A DNA stretch of 64,000 bases from assembly GCF_963921235.1 (NCBI RefSeq), contig NC_086097.1:129892001-129956000 (forward strand). The letters run 5' to 3'. Each line of letters begins with the position of its first letter. The first letter of the stretch is position 1. This document shows, piece by piece, positions 50,641 through 64,000 of the stretch. Source of the stretch: Mobula hypostoma (taxonomy: Eukaryota). Both the position numbers and the translations under genes were made by a program. Under the pieces are notes generated by a model, which worked only from the letters and a program-made list of their open reading frames with translations, did not search any database and was not told the DNA's origin.

Positions 50641-52136
50641 AACACAACCGTGGGAAAATGTCTCGAACATTTCACTTGTGATCACAAGACTCTGTTGGGC
50701 AGTGATACTGTAAGTTGGTGCAGGCCTGTTACCCTTGTCTGGTGGAGAGACAGACGACATGGGAGTTGCGTAGCCTTGGTTGTACCCAGAACTAGGTCTC
50801 AAGCCTTGGGCTTGCCTGCCACTGCAGACCAGGTGAGACACAGAAGCGTTTACAGCGTGGCATCCAAACTTGGTTGGGGCCTGGCCTCTCCTATTGGTGC
50901 TGCCCTCCTGTGTTTCAGTGGTGGAGTGACAGGCTGGATTGCATCAGTCTGTACCATCGATTACTGGATATTGTTGCTCAGGGTCTTGGACCATACTTAT
51001 GTTATTTTTCCCCAAGTGAATTTATGTCGATGTTCACTATTTTGAATTACATTACTCGCTATTTTTGAATGATTGATTGCTATTTTGAATGTTTTACACC
51101 TTGACCCCAGAGGAACGGCATCACATTCAACTGTATCTATGTATGGTTTGAATTATAATTAAACTCGATTTTGATTTTATTTTTGATCCCAACTCCAGCC
51201 CTCCCTCTCGCCTACCCCGCACAAACTGCCCATCATCCTTCACTCCTTCTCAGTTCATCAATCAACCCATGCTTCTTTCTCAACACTCCCCATTGTATTG
51301 ACCATCTCCTCTCTCATTCCTGAGGTAGGGTTTTGACCTAAAACATTGACAATTCTTTCCTCCCCCCCACCACAGAGATGTTATTCGACCTAATGAATTT
51401 CTGCAGCAGATTACTTGTTGTTGATGGATTAATCTATTCTCTTTTCAGATGTCAGTGTTATTAATATATAAAGCCAGCTCCTAAAAGTTACAGTAGGCTT
51501 TGGCAAATGACACTCTTGTTTTAAAACCACAGTGGTTTCCAACTTGGGGAGGATGACCTTTTCGGTGGCTAGTGTTGAGGTCACCAAAATTACAGGCTTT
51601 AATTTTATCAAGGTAATTTAGGTAAGAAGTTCATTTAAAAAAAAGAGTAAAACTACACTCATCAAGCTGGTCGCCTGAATCCCCAAGTTTTAAAAGCATG
51701 ATCTGTGATGACATCAGTGTTTCTGGCAGGGGGTGGGAGAAGGTGAATACATACATGAACAAGTGCGTCTTGGGGTGGCATGATGGAGTATCTGGTTTCA
51801 CAGCTCCAGCGACTGGAATCGATACTGTGTGGAGTTTGCATGACAGTCTGGGTTTCATCAGGTGCTTTGGTTTCCTGCCACATTCTAAAGGCATGCAGGT
51901 AGGTTAACCAGCTCCTGCTACACTGCTCCCTAGGATAGAGTAATGGCAAAAAGAATCATGGGGGAGTTGATGGCCAAGTACAAAGGAGAGTAAATTTCAG
52001 GGTCCTGGGAGGTAAGGAGAGGGGAAATGGGACAAAGAGAAAATAGCATGGATCCAACGTCACCATGAGTATAAACATGACATTACAACATTAAAAGTTA
52101 CACAAGGAAAAAGTATTTGTCTAGTATATTCCTCAG

Positions 52137-52356
52137 GGGCTAGCTGATGGCATAGTGGCATCAGCACTGGACTTCAAGGTGGATGGTCCTGAGTTCAAAT
52201 CCGGCCGGGTCCTAACCTGGGCAGCAGCAGTATCTGCGTGGAAGAAAGGCCTGGAAATTACATCCGTATCTTGCCACGAAAACTCTATGAACAACTACAC
52301 TATATATAGGGTTGCCATGAGCTGACGGCGACTTGACAGCATTCAACAGCAACAGC
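52137..52356 (+). mobile_element. tRNA-headed SINE with RTE-type 3' tail
   Basis: A box TGGCATAGTGG, B box GAGTTCAAATCC, tail GGGTTGCCATGAG..CGACTTGACAGCA plus (CAACAG)n; 11-bp TSD ATA(T/C)TCCTCAG. Confidence 0.82.
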
Positions 52357-52867
52357 ATACTCCTCAGAGTAAACACTATCTCCAATGGGTTGGTGCTATT
52401 TTCTCTCATTATATGTGAGCAAGAATATTGTGATACTAACACAATGTCATGAAACTAACCATGCAATTTATGTCAGAAAACTATTGTTCATCTGCCTATC
52501 AATACATAAGTATATACACCAGATGAATGGTTTCTGTCTGTGAATTCCTTTAATTGTGTTATTGCCCTCAAAACATGTCACCCTTTTGACCACAAGGGAA
52601 TTCAAGCTCAGGTGCCAGCTGCCTGCATTACTTCAATCTATTAGTTTTGCCATTGTTTTGCTAGATTCTTATTGAGCTCCCACTACACCCAATCTATCTT
52701 CATGAGATGCGATGCTAGATTTAAGATAGTGCCGCAGAGTAAAACTAGGCATACATTCTACATTAGTTTATTCAAATAAAATGGGGAAAGATTGGATCGG
52801 CTAGGCTTATAATATTCCTACCAATTTCCCTGGAGGTTTAAAAAATATTAATCAGGTATTGGCCAAT

Positions 52868-54330
52868 CAACAGTGGTGATGAATCAGCATACAGGAGGGA
52901 GATTGAAAATCTGGCTGAGTGGTGCCATAACAACAACATCTAACTCAATGTCAGCAAGACCAAGGAGCTGATTATTGACTTCAGGAGAAGGAAAGCAGAT
53001 GTCCATGGGCCAGATTGCAACGGAGGGGGTCAGCAACTTTAAATTCCTCTGTTATTTTTTCGGAGGACCCATCCCAGGCCTAGCACACAAGTGCAGTTAT
53101 GCAGAAAGCACGGCAGTGCCTCTACTTCCTTAGGAGTTTGCAAAGATTTGGCATGACATCTAAGACTTTGGCAAACTCCTATAGATATGTAGTGGAGAGT
53201 ATACTGACTGCCTAACTCACAGCCTGGTATGAAAACACCAATGCCTTTGAACAGAAAATCCTACAAAAAGTAGTGGATACAGCCCAGTCAATCATGGGTA
53301 AAGCCCGCTCCATCACTGAGCACAAGTACATGGAGTGCTGTTGCAGGAAAGCAGCGTCCATCATCAGGGACCCCGACCACCCAGTACATGCTTTCTTCTT
53401 GCTGCTGCCATCAGGAAGAAGGTACAGTAGACTCAGGACTCACACCACAAAATTCATGAACAGTTACTACCCCTCAACCATCAGGCTCTTGAACCAAATG
53501 GGATAACTTCACTCAACCCATCATTGAAACGTTCCCACAACCAATGAACTCTCTTACAAGAACTCTACATCTCACATTCTCTATATTTATTGCTTATTTC
53601 TTTCTTATTATTATTTCTTTCTTTTTGTATTTGCAAAGTTTGTTATCTTTTGCACACGGTTGTATGTCCAAGTTCATGCAGTCTTTCATTTATTCTGTTA
53701 TGGTTACAACTCTATGGATTTATTGAGTATGTCTGCAAGAAAATTAATCTCAGGGTTGTATAATGATGACATATGATGGTTAACAACAGATGGTGCAATC
53801 CTGGTCATATTACGATCAAGGAACGTGCTTGTAGCCCGGATATTGAACTTTTTGCTGTTGGCCTCCGGCCATATTATTTACCAAGGGAAATCTCACATGC
53901 AATTGTGGTTGTTGTGTACATCCCTCCCTCTGCCAACCTGACGTTGGCGTGTAACATCATTTACACAGTTGGGCACAGGAGTACATTCAGCCAGAGACTC
54001 ATTCCACTGAGATGCAGCACTGAGCGTCATGGGAAGTCATTCCTGCCTGTGGCCATCAAACTTTGCAGCTCCTCCCTTGGAGGGTTGGACACCCTGGGCC
54101 AATGGGCCGGTCCTGGACTTATTTCTGTCTGGCATGGTTTACATATTATTATTTGATTGTTTGTGGTTTTGTATTGCTATGTTTGCACTCTGTTTAATTG
54201 AGTGCACATGCACTGTTCTTGGTTGGTGCAACTGTAACAAAACCTAATTTCCTTTGGGATCAATAAAGTGTGTCTATCTATCTATCTATCTATCTATAAT
54301 TGATAATAAATTTACTTTGAACTTTGCTTT
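52868..54330 (+). mobile_element. Rex1/Babar 3' fragment with a nested, internally deleted Rex copy (53775-54297)
   Basis: RKAASIIRDPDHP..LLPSGRRY; the nested piece joins the APE-region LRPYYLPRE..VYIPP to the C-terminal SFLPVAIKL and a (TCTA)n tail. Confidence 0.8.
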
Positions 54331-55599
54331 ACTTTGAAATTTCTTCTTCAGGATCAGGGCATTACTGGCAAGGCCAGTGTTTCTTACCCATCCTGAAGTG
54401 TTGAGCTACCTTATTGAATCATTTCAGTCCTTCAGTTGAAAGTCCCACCAAGGCACTCTTGGGGAGTTCCAAGATTTGGATCCAACAATTGGGTGAAGAA
54501 TGGATGATGTGTAATTTGGATAGGGATATTCAAGTTGTGGGGTTCTGGTGCACTTGTCAGAGATCACAGAATTGAGAGGTAATGAATTGACACACAATTT
54601 GCATGACAGCTGTAGTATGATGTTATAAGAGTCAGTACAGTGTAACAACAGGCCTTTGATCCACTGCACTCATACTGGCCACTGCACTGAGCTATATTAA
54701 ACCCATTTACCTACATTAGATCTGGGCCTTCAAAGCCTAGATGACTCAAATAGTCTAGATGTTTCTTAAATGTGCTAACAGTATTTGCCTTCACCACATC
54801 CTCAGGCAGTACATTCCAGACTCTAATTACCCTTTGGATGAAAAAAATTCCCCTCAGATGCCTCTAAATACCTCTGAGCTCTCAAATTAAACCTATACAC
54901 TCCACAAATGTCATGGTAAAAATGGAGACACAGGAGATTAGAGATGCTGTAATCTGGAGCAAAAAAAACAAATTGCAACATATTCTGTCTGGGTAGTCTA
55001 CATGGCACGGAATACTGTACTTTCTAATTTCAGGTGATCTTCATCTCCTACGTTTTCCTCTCCTTTTCTTCCCAATCCACCTCCCTTCCTCTCATTTTTT
55101 CCCTTTTCCATACCTCCATTACACCCCTCCACATGATCCAATTACATATTTTTGTTCCCTCCTTGATTCCATCCACCCACTACCCACATACTTCCCCCAC
55201 CATGTTCCCTCCCCAATCTGGTTCCATTTGTTCTGATCTCTCTCCAAGGTTTCTGATTCTCAAAGTAGTCCTAAACACTTGCGGCCCCCCCCCCCGTTAT
55301 TCTGGGAGACAGCTCCAGCAGCTAATTCCCAACTTTGCTGCTCATCCCTCCCAACGAGCTCCATCTACCTGACATCCTTCACCCCTTCTTGACCCAACAA
55401 TTACCTACTAGCCCCTGTCTTAGCACTTCTTCTCTCTTCTTCATAGTGGCCTTCCTTCTCTATTTTTAGTCTGGATGTAGGGTCTTGACCTGGAACATCA
55501 ACAATTCATCTTGACCACAAATGCTTCTTGACTCATTGAGTTCCTCCAACAGTTTGTTTTTTATATCATAAGAAAACAGATTTTTCCACTATCCATTTA

Positions 55600-55856
55600 T
55601 TTATTTATTTATTGAGACACAGCGTGATTATCTTTAAGCCGCACTGCACGGCAACCTCGATTTAACCTTAGCCTAATCACGGGACAATTTACAATGACCA
55701 ATTAACCTACTAACCAGTATATCTTTGGGCTGTGGGAGGAAACTCATGTGTTCACGGGGAGAACGTACAAACTCCTTACAGGCAGCTGTGGGAATTGAAC
55801 ACGGGTCGCTGATACTGTAAAGTGTTGTGCTAACCACTACACTACTGTGCCGCCCT
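55600..55856 (-). mobile_element. HE1-like tRNA V-SINE
   Basis: Reverse complement of the GGCGGCACAGTAGTGTAGTGGTTAGC head; same family as 22640. Confidence 0.75.
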
Positions 55857-56108
55857 ATCTAACCTTCTCATAATTTTGCATACTTCTATCAGGTCACTCC
55901 TCAGCTTCCTCCACGTCAAACCCAGTCTATCCAGTCTCTTCTTAAAATGCTGCAAACTCAGCAATATCCTGGTGAATCTCTCCAGCACAATCAAATCCTT
56001 TCTATAGTGTAAACAACAGGAATTCTGCAGATGCTGGAAATTCAAGCAACACACATCAAAGTTGCTGGTGAATGCAGCAGGCCAGGCAGCATCTCTAGGA
56101 AGAGGTAC

Positions 56109-56144
56109 AGTCGACGTTTCAGGCCGAGACCCTTTGTCAGGACT
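56109..56144 (-). ncRNA. Minimal type I hammerhead with core mutation
   Basis: Identical to 56923-56958 except CUGACAA (G8 to A). Confidence 0.8.
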
Positions 56145-56922
56145 AACCGAAGGAAGAGTTAGTAAGAGATTTGAAAGTGGGGGCGTGCGGGGGGGAGATC
56201 CAAAATGATAGGAGAAGACAGGAGGGGGAGGGATGGAGCCAAGAGCTGGACAGATGATTGGCAAAAGGGATACGAGAGGATCATGGGACAGGAGGTCCGG
56301 GAAGAAAGACAAGGGGCGGGGGGGACCCAGAGGATGGGCAAGGGGTATATTCAGAGGGACAGAGGGAGAAAAAGGAGAGTGAGAGAAAGAATGTGTGTAT
56401 AAAAATAAATAACAGATGGGGTACGAGGGGGAGGTGGGGCATTAGCGGAAGTTAGAGAAGTCGATGTTCATGCCATCAGGTTGGAGGTTACCCAGACGGA
56501 ATATAAGGTGTTGTTCCTCCAACCTGAGTGTGGCTTCATCTCAGGTTGGAGAAACAACACCTTATATTCCGTCTGGGTAGCCTCCAACCTGATGGCATGA
56601 ACATCGACTTCTCTAACTTCCGCTAATGCCCCACCTCCCCCTCGTACCCCATTTGTTATTTATTTTTATACACACATTCTTTCTCTCACTCTTTTTCTCC
56701 CTCTGTCCCTCTGAATATACCCCTTGCCCATCCTCTGGGTCCCCCCCTCCCCTCCGTGTCTTTCTTCCCGGACCTCCTGTCCCATGATCCTCTCGTATCC
56801 CCTTTTGCCAATCACCTGTCCAGTTCTTGGCTCCATCCCTCCCCCTCCTGTCTTCTCCTATCATTTTGGATCTCCCCCTCCCCCTCCCACTTTCAAATCT
56901 CTTACTAACTCTTCCTTCAGTT

Positions 56923-56958
56923 AGTCCTGACGAAGGGTCTCGGCCTGAAACGTCGACT
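56923..56958 (+). ncRNA. Minimal type I hammerhead ribozyme
   Basis: AGUC CUGACGA AGG-GUCUCGG-CCU GAAA CGUC^GACU; intact core and palindromic ACGU stem III. Confidence 0.88.
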
Positions 56959-59769
56959 GTACCTCTTCCTAGAGATGCTGCCTGGCCTGCTGCGTTCACC
57001 AGAAACTTTGATGTGCGTTGCTTTCTATAGTGTGGTGGACAGAACTTCACACAATACTCAAAGAGCAGCTGAACAATTATCTTAAAAAGTTGCTATCAAA
57101 TCTCCTGTTTGCTATGCCGCGGCCGATGAAGGAAAGATCCCAAACACTTCCTTCACCACCTCATCCACCTGTAGTTCCACTTTCAAGGATTTAAGGACTT
57201 GTTCCTGGGACCTGAACACAATAGCAAAGATGTACTGCTGATGCTTTACGAGGCTTTGGTCAAACCACATTTGGAATTTTGAAAAGGGTCTAGAAGAACT
57301 TCACAAGAATGAAGCCAGGAACAGAAGCTTAACCTAGTCAATGGATCTCAGAATGAGGGGCGATTTCAGTGATACCTACAGAATACAGAAAGCCTGATTA
57401 GAGTGGAGCTGGAGAGGATATTTCCATTAGTAGGAGAGTCTAGGACATGAGAACTCAGAATAAAGGGATGCAAAGAATAAGATGAGGAGGAATTTCTTCA
57501 GCCAGAGGTGAAGCTGTTGAATTTGTTGCCATAGAGGACTATGGAGGCCAAGTCATTTGGTGTATTTATGGCAAAAATCAATAGGTTCTTGATTGGCAAG
57601 GAGTTTAATGATTACAGGAAGAAGGCAAGAGAAAGTGGATGGAAAGAAGATTAGCCATAGTTGAATGGTGGAGCAGATTTGATAGGTCAAGTGGCTTAAT
57701 TCTGCTCTTATAACCCATAGTTTATGGTACTCCAAAGGCTTACTGTGCATCAACATTCCTTATAGGTCCTATGATTTACTCTGTTTACCCTACTCTAGTT
57801 TGCCCTCCAGCATGATGTATTTGTGTCAGTATAATGTTTACTTTAGTTTTTAGGACATAAATATTCAGAGGTACAAGAGGTTAAATTCTCATGAAAGTAA
57901 CTCAAGCTAAAGAGCTGCGAACTTCAAAATGGAGCTTCACTGCATGCTTGTCAGCAAAAGGGAATCACAGGTGCCTTAAGGAAAGAAAGAAAGAATTCCT
58001 TTACTTTAAGAATCACAGCAAACATGTTTTAAGTTACTGAAAATGAAATGAGGATTGTGTTCAAAATGTTTTCCACCTCCAGTAAAATGTGCAGGAAGTG
58101 ATTAAACAGAGCCGTTAATTCTGTTTGTCTCAGTGTGATACAGACTGGCTGTTGGCGAAGAAACAAGCAAACCCATTCCAAAAAGGAAGAATGCCTTGAC
58201 TGCTTAAAATTCAAATCTGATTGAAGGACAAGTGGTAGAGAACATGCATTCCTTGTGATTTAATTCAACGTGTGAAGAATGTCCACACTGCCGTGTTTAG
58301 AAGAGAAATTAAAACCATGCCCAACCAGCAACTCCCAGAAACATACAGCATGGAAAGTGAAGCCTTCAAGTCCACTATCAAGCACCCACTCTATGCTCTC
58401 AGATCCTACCACACACTAGGGATGATGTACAGTTGCTAGTTAACCTACCAGCCTGCACATTACAGTCACACGGCATGGAAACAGGCCCTTCAGCCCATCG
58501 AATCTGCACAAACTCTCAACCATCGATTGCTGCCAATCCCAATTTATTCCTCCCACTCCCCCCACCCCAGTTCTTATCAACTCCCACCAGATTTCTATAG
58601 CTCACCTACACACCAGCAGAAATTTATAGTGGCCAGATTACTGTCTTTGGGATGTGAGATTAAACTAAAATACCTGAGGAAAGCCAAAATATTAACAGAG
58701 AAAACATGCAAACTTCACACAGTTAGTATGAAGATCAAAAACAAATCCAGGCTGCCGATCTCCTAGCTGTGCAACTGTGTGACTCACTAAATTTTAAAAA
58801 AACGAATTGCCTTTCCCCATTGTGAAATTTTCCTTGATCTCCTGCTTGACTGTTTAGAACCTTACTCATTATATCAAATAATACCATTACAAAAAGTACT
58901 CAAAACCCAGGAGACCCGTGTAGCTTTAAACAACACAGCATTTATTCTGCTAGTAAAATTCACGATTACACCTCTACAATAACTTGTATTTGTCTAGTAC
59001 CTATAGCAAAGGTAAACGATCTGTGGAACTTCACAGCAGGGTCACTGACACCAAGGAACATGATGTTTTCACAGGGCAATGTCAGTAATGCCAAGAGATT
59101 GAGGGAGTGAATTCCAGAGTTTAGACCTTCGACAGCTGAAGACAATGACGGACCAATTCAGTCTGGAGAGAACGAAATTAGAAAGGTGCAGGGATTGGAG
59201 TAGAAGAAGTTACAGAGGCAGGATAGGGTAAGACCATGGAGGATTTGAAGACAATTTTTAAAATCAAGATTTGTTTAACCAGTGGCCAGTGGAGGTCTGT
59301 TCATGCAGGGTTGATGGGACTTGTGCAAGTTGGGACACAGACAACCTGAAATTTATGGAAGCTTGAATGAGGGTTTCTTACATTAATGGAAATAATTATC
59401 AGGAGTATAACAGTCAATAGTTCACTGCTGAGCCTATACAAACCTTTGGTGATAGATACATTCTCAAGTAAATAAATAATCAAGTTCTGTTCCAGAAGTA
59501 TCACATCACAGAAAGGTTCAGTAAAGTTTTTTTTAAAAAAAAAAGTCACCGCCTGAGAAACTACTGAGATATGAATTATTGAGATGTACTGAAATACCCC
59601 ACTGATTAAATGCAAAAAGCACCTCCATTTACCAGCGTTTAGCAATAAGCAATAATATCAGACAATCAAGATTTTCTTCAAATCTAACAACACCAAATCC
59701 ATCAAATGTTTAAATTCTCACCTTCCTGACTTTTCGCTCAAATCGGTCTGCAAGCCAAAAACATTTAAT

Positions 59770-60900
59770 ACTACACAGAAACAGGCTCTTCAGTCTAGCT
59801 CATCCTTGCTGACCATGTTGATCAGCAAGCTAGTCCAATTTTACTGCATTTGAGCCATAGTCCTCCAAACCTCTTCTATCCAAGTATTTAGCTAGATGGC
59901 TTTTAAATGTTGCTAACATACCTGTCTGAACCACTGTTTTTGGCAGCTCGTTTCAAATATGCATCAATCTTTGCATGAAGAAGCTGCCCGACATCCTTTT
60001 TAAGTCTCTTGACTGTGATGTTAAAACTATGCCCTCTTGTTTTCAGTACCATCTTCCTGGGAAAACAAACGTGCTGCAGTTTCATCCTGTCTATGCCCCT
60101 CATGTCACCCTTCCATCTCCTAAATTCCAGGGAATAAAGTCCTAGTCAACACAACCTCCCTTTGTAGTTCAGGCTACCAAGTCCAAGCAACGTCATGGTA
60201 AGTCCAAGCACGGTTTCTAGTTTAATGACACCTTTCCTATAAAAGGGTGACCAAAACAGAACACAATACTCCAAGCGAGGACTCATCAACTTCTTGTATA
60301 ACTGCCACATAACTTCCCATCTCCAAAACTTAGTCCTGACTAATGGACACAAGCATGTCAAATGACTTCTTCACCACCCTATCTATATGAGATACTGCTT
60401 TCAGTGGACTATTTTACTCCAAGGTTTCCATGTTCTACACCACGCCCCTACTATTCAGTGTACAAGTCCTACTCCGATTAGATCACCCAAACTGCAATAC
60501 CAATAATTTATTTGGATTGAAAGACATTTGGCAGAACTCACCCACTTCCTTAGCTATAAGACCATAAGATATAGGAGCAGAATTAGGCAATTTAGCCCCT
60601 TGAGTCTGCTCTGTCATTTCACTAAGGCTGATTCATTTTTTCTCTCAGTCCCAAGCTCCTATCTAATCTAGATAACCCTCACTAATGTCAAACTCAGTGG
60701 CCTGTAGTTTCCTGGCTTGTTCTTGCTACCCTGTTTTAACAGTGGTATATAAGCCACTCTCCAGTCCTCTGGTACAGGACCTATGTCCAGAAATGAAGCA
60801 AAAATCTCCAAGTATACTGTAATTTCTTCTTTAGTTTTTCACAAGGTCCAGAAATGCACCAATTCTGGATCTGGGGATTTATGCACCCCAATGCACCTCA
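59770..60900 (-). mobile_element. Decayed CR1 fragments
   Basis: LYKKLMSPRLEYCVLFWSPFYRK and TRGHSF motifs. Confidence 0.75.
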
Positions 60901-61624
60901 AGGCCTTCAATACCCCATCACTTTGGACCACCAGACACTACCGACATTTCCTTAGCTTCCATCATTTTCTCCTCAGCAAACACTGAAGAGAAATATTCAT
61001 TAAAACTCTGGGTTCCAAACACAAATGGCCATGTTGATCTTTAAGATGACCTACTCTTTTTCTAGCCACACTTGTATTCTTAATATACTATATAATTACT
61101 CAGGATTTTGCCTCACCATGTGTGCCAGATTCTCAGACATATAAAGTTGTAAGACTAGAAAGAAACTGTAACTTAGCCATAATGGTAGTCTTTACAACAC
61201 CTTAAAGGTGTTGTGAGATTTTCCTAAAGACAAATGGATTTCGTGGTTCTGCAAAGTGACGACTTTCAAAGTACAGAATAGTTTACTAAGTTTGTGGAAG
61301 GAGTTTCAAAACTAACTCTCAAGAGCAACTGGTAAATATTTGAGAAGGATATATCTGCAGGCAATGAGGAAAGAATAGGGCAAGTGGCAGTAATTAGGGA
61401 GTACTTTCAAAAAGCCAGCACAGGCCCAAAAGGCAAAGGGCTTCTTGAACTACGTGCACCAGACAGCACCCTTCAAAGTTTTTAATGTTTATTGAATTTT
61501 TTTCCAAATTAGTAGTATCCATGCCCTTCCACTGTAGTTCAAACAGTTTGTAATAGCTGTGCTGTGCATGAGATGTGAAAAGTTTGCCATAGCTTTCTCC
61601 TCAGGAATGTCAGAAGGAACACAC

Positions 61625-63030
61625 AAGAAATAATTGCTAACATTGCATTTGCCTTCCTCACCACCAACTCCAGCTGCAAGTTAACCTTTAGGGTGTTCTG
61701 CACAAGGACTCCCAAGTCCCGTGGCATCTGACTTTTGGATTTTCTCCCCTTTTAGAAAATAGTCTGCACATTTATTTCTACTACCACAATGTATTACCAT
61801 GCATTTTCCAACATTGTATTTCATTTGCCACTCTCTTGCCCATTCTCCTGATCTAAGTCCTTCTGCCTCTTTCCTCAACACTAGCTGCCCCTTCACCAAT
61901 CTTCACATCATCTGCAAACTTGGCAACAAAGCCATCAATTCTGTCATCTGAATCACTGATAACAGCAGAAAAAGAAGCAATCTCAACACCGACCCCTGCA
62001 GACCACCACTAGTCACTGGCAGCCAACCAGAAAAGGATCCTTTTATTTCCACTCACTGCCTCCTATCTATTAGTCAACGCTCTAACCATACCAGTAACTT
62101 TCCTGTAATACCATGGTTCTTAACCTGGTAAGCAGCCTCATGCATGGCACCGTCTGAAAGTCCAAATATACAACACCCACTGTATCCCCTTTATCTATCC
62201 TACTTGAAATCTCCTCAAAGGTTCGTCAGGCAAGATTTTCCCTTAAGGAAACCATGCTGACTTTGTCCTATCTTGTTCTGGGTCACCCAGTACTCCATAA
62301 CCTTATCTCTAACAATTGACTCCAACATCCGTGGTTGGACTAACTGGTCTATAATTTACTTTCTGCTGCCTTTCTTAAAGAGTGGAGTGACATTTGCAAT
62401 TTTCCAGTCCTCTGGCACCATGCTCGAGTCCAATGATTTTTGAAAGATCATTATTAATGCCACCACAATTTCTACCACTACCTCCTTCAGAACCGAAGGG
62501 TGTAGTTCACCTAGTACAGGTGACTTATGCACCCATAGGTCTTTCAGCTTTTTGAGCGCCTTCTCCCTTGTAATAGTAACTGCACTCACACCTCTTCCCT
62601 CACACCCTTCTACATCTGGCAACCTGCTAGTGTCTTTCCCAGTGAAGACTGATGCAAAATACTCATTAAGTTTGTTGGCTATCATTTCCCTGGCTTCATT
62701 TTCTAGTGGTCCTATATCCACTCCCATTTCTCTTTTATTTTTTTTTTACATACTTGAAAAATCCAATATCCACTTTGATATCATTTGCTAGCTTGCTTTC
62801 AGATTTCATCTTTTTTCTCCTAATGATTCCTTTAGTTGCTCTCTGTAGGTTTATAAAAGCTTCCCAATCCTCTATCTTCCCGCAAATTTTTGCTTTGTTG
62901 TATGCCCTCTCTTTGGCTTTTACATTAGCTTTAATTTCCCTTATCAGCCATGATTAAACTATTTTACCATTTGAGTATTTCTTCATTTTTGGAATACATC
63001 TATCCTGAGCAATCTTCAGACAAGTTATGA
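61625..63030 (-). mobile_element. CR1 ORF2 fragment
   Basis: LNEYFASVFT, VPEDWKIANVTPLFKKG, WQMKYNVGKC, RDLGVLV. Confidence 0.88.
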
Positions 63031-63309
63031 AATGCTCCTGTATCCTACCACATCCCAAAGGTATCCAGGTTGGTACATTATCTGGCCACTGTAAATTGCC
63101 TCTGATATATAAATGAGACGGAATTTGGGGCAAAATTGGGAGCAAAATAGCAGCATCAAAATGGTCCACTAAAAAGTAACTGAGCACAACTTGATATTTT
63201 AGGGGAGCAGAGATTCTAGCCTCATAAAATGAATATTTTGAAATGATGTAAAGTTTCTCACCACTTGAAAGTAACTGATCTTCAAGAACACTGCCCTACC
63301 TAGTTGATC

Positions 63310-63750
63310 ATAAGACAATGGAGCAGAATTACGCCATTTGGTTTATCGAGTCTGTCATGGCTGAGTTATTATCTCTCTCAACCACATTCATCTGCCTTCT
63401 CCCCGTTATCTTTGATGCCCTTACAAATCAACAATCTATTAAACTCCACTTTAAATATACCTAATGACTTGGACTCCACAGCCATCTGTGGCAATGAATT
63501 CCATTGATTCTCCACCCTCTGGCTGAACAAGTTCTTCTTTATCTCGGTTCAAAAGGGAAGACTTTGTATTCTGAGACTGCGCTCTCTCATCTTAGACTCC
63601 TTCCATTTTAGGAAACATCCTCTCCACATCCACTCTATCTAAGCTTTTCACTATTTGATAGGTTTCAATGCGATCCGTGCCTCATTCTTCTAAATTTCAG
63701 CCCACAGCCATCAAATGGTCCTCTTAAATAATCCTTTTATTTCCGGGACC
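63310..63750 (-). mobile_element. CR1 3' end
   Basis: Similar to 6000-6290 and other CR1 tails in the window. Confidence 0.75.
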
Positions 63751-64000
63751 ATAATTATGTAATTTGCATCCACTGCTTTAATTTAAAATCTGGTGCTATG
63801 CAGACACTGTCATGCTAAGAAATTGTTGCAGGGTCTCCTAAAACACACTTGCTGATTTGGTCATATATAGATTTGTTCCTGTAATTTGCAGGAAAAATCT
63901 TTCTCAGAACACCATTAGCGTTTCTCCATGCATTCATCTAGTAAGTCTTTAAAATTAATGCCATTAAAATTTCTTGTCAAAACAATTACTTCAACGACTA

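Larger units (their letters stand above)
56011..57020. mobile_element. Palindromic Penelope-like insertion (two inverted 3' termini)
   Basis: Arms 56044-56528 and 56540-57023, 11-bp spacer, perfect 13-bp TSD CTTTCTATAGTGT (55998-56010, 57021-57033); inserted in a CR1. Confidence 0.93.

Overview
Vertebrate genomic DNA, repeat-dense and intron/intergenic in character. The repeat repertoire (CR1, Rex1/Babar, Penelope-like, HE1-like V-SINEs, Tc1, hAT) suggests a cartilaginous fish; this is inference. No intact host gene is visible and most tracked ORFs are decayed transposon fragments or spurious. The standout is a HERO-like restriction-endonuclease (RLE) non-LTR retrotransposon (889-5927) bracketed by ~185-bp direct repeats. 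Each repeat folds into a structure containing all hammerhead core motifs (GUC, GAAA, CUGAUGA) in a non-circularly permuted order, plus a canonical kink-turn. Nested in its RT is a non-coding element headed by an HDV-like ribozyme with a 12-bp TSD. Penelope-like remnants carry many minimal type I hammerheads, including a ~1-kb palindromic insertion with a 13-bp TSD (56011-57020). One candidate host cassette exon lies at 20720-20798. All structures were paired by eye; no folding or database search was run.
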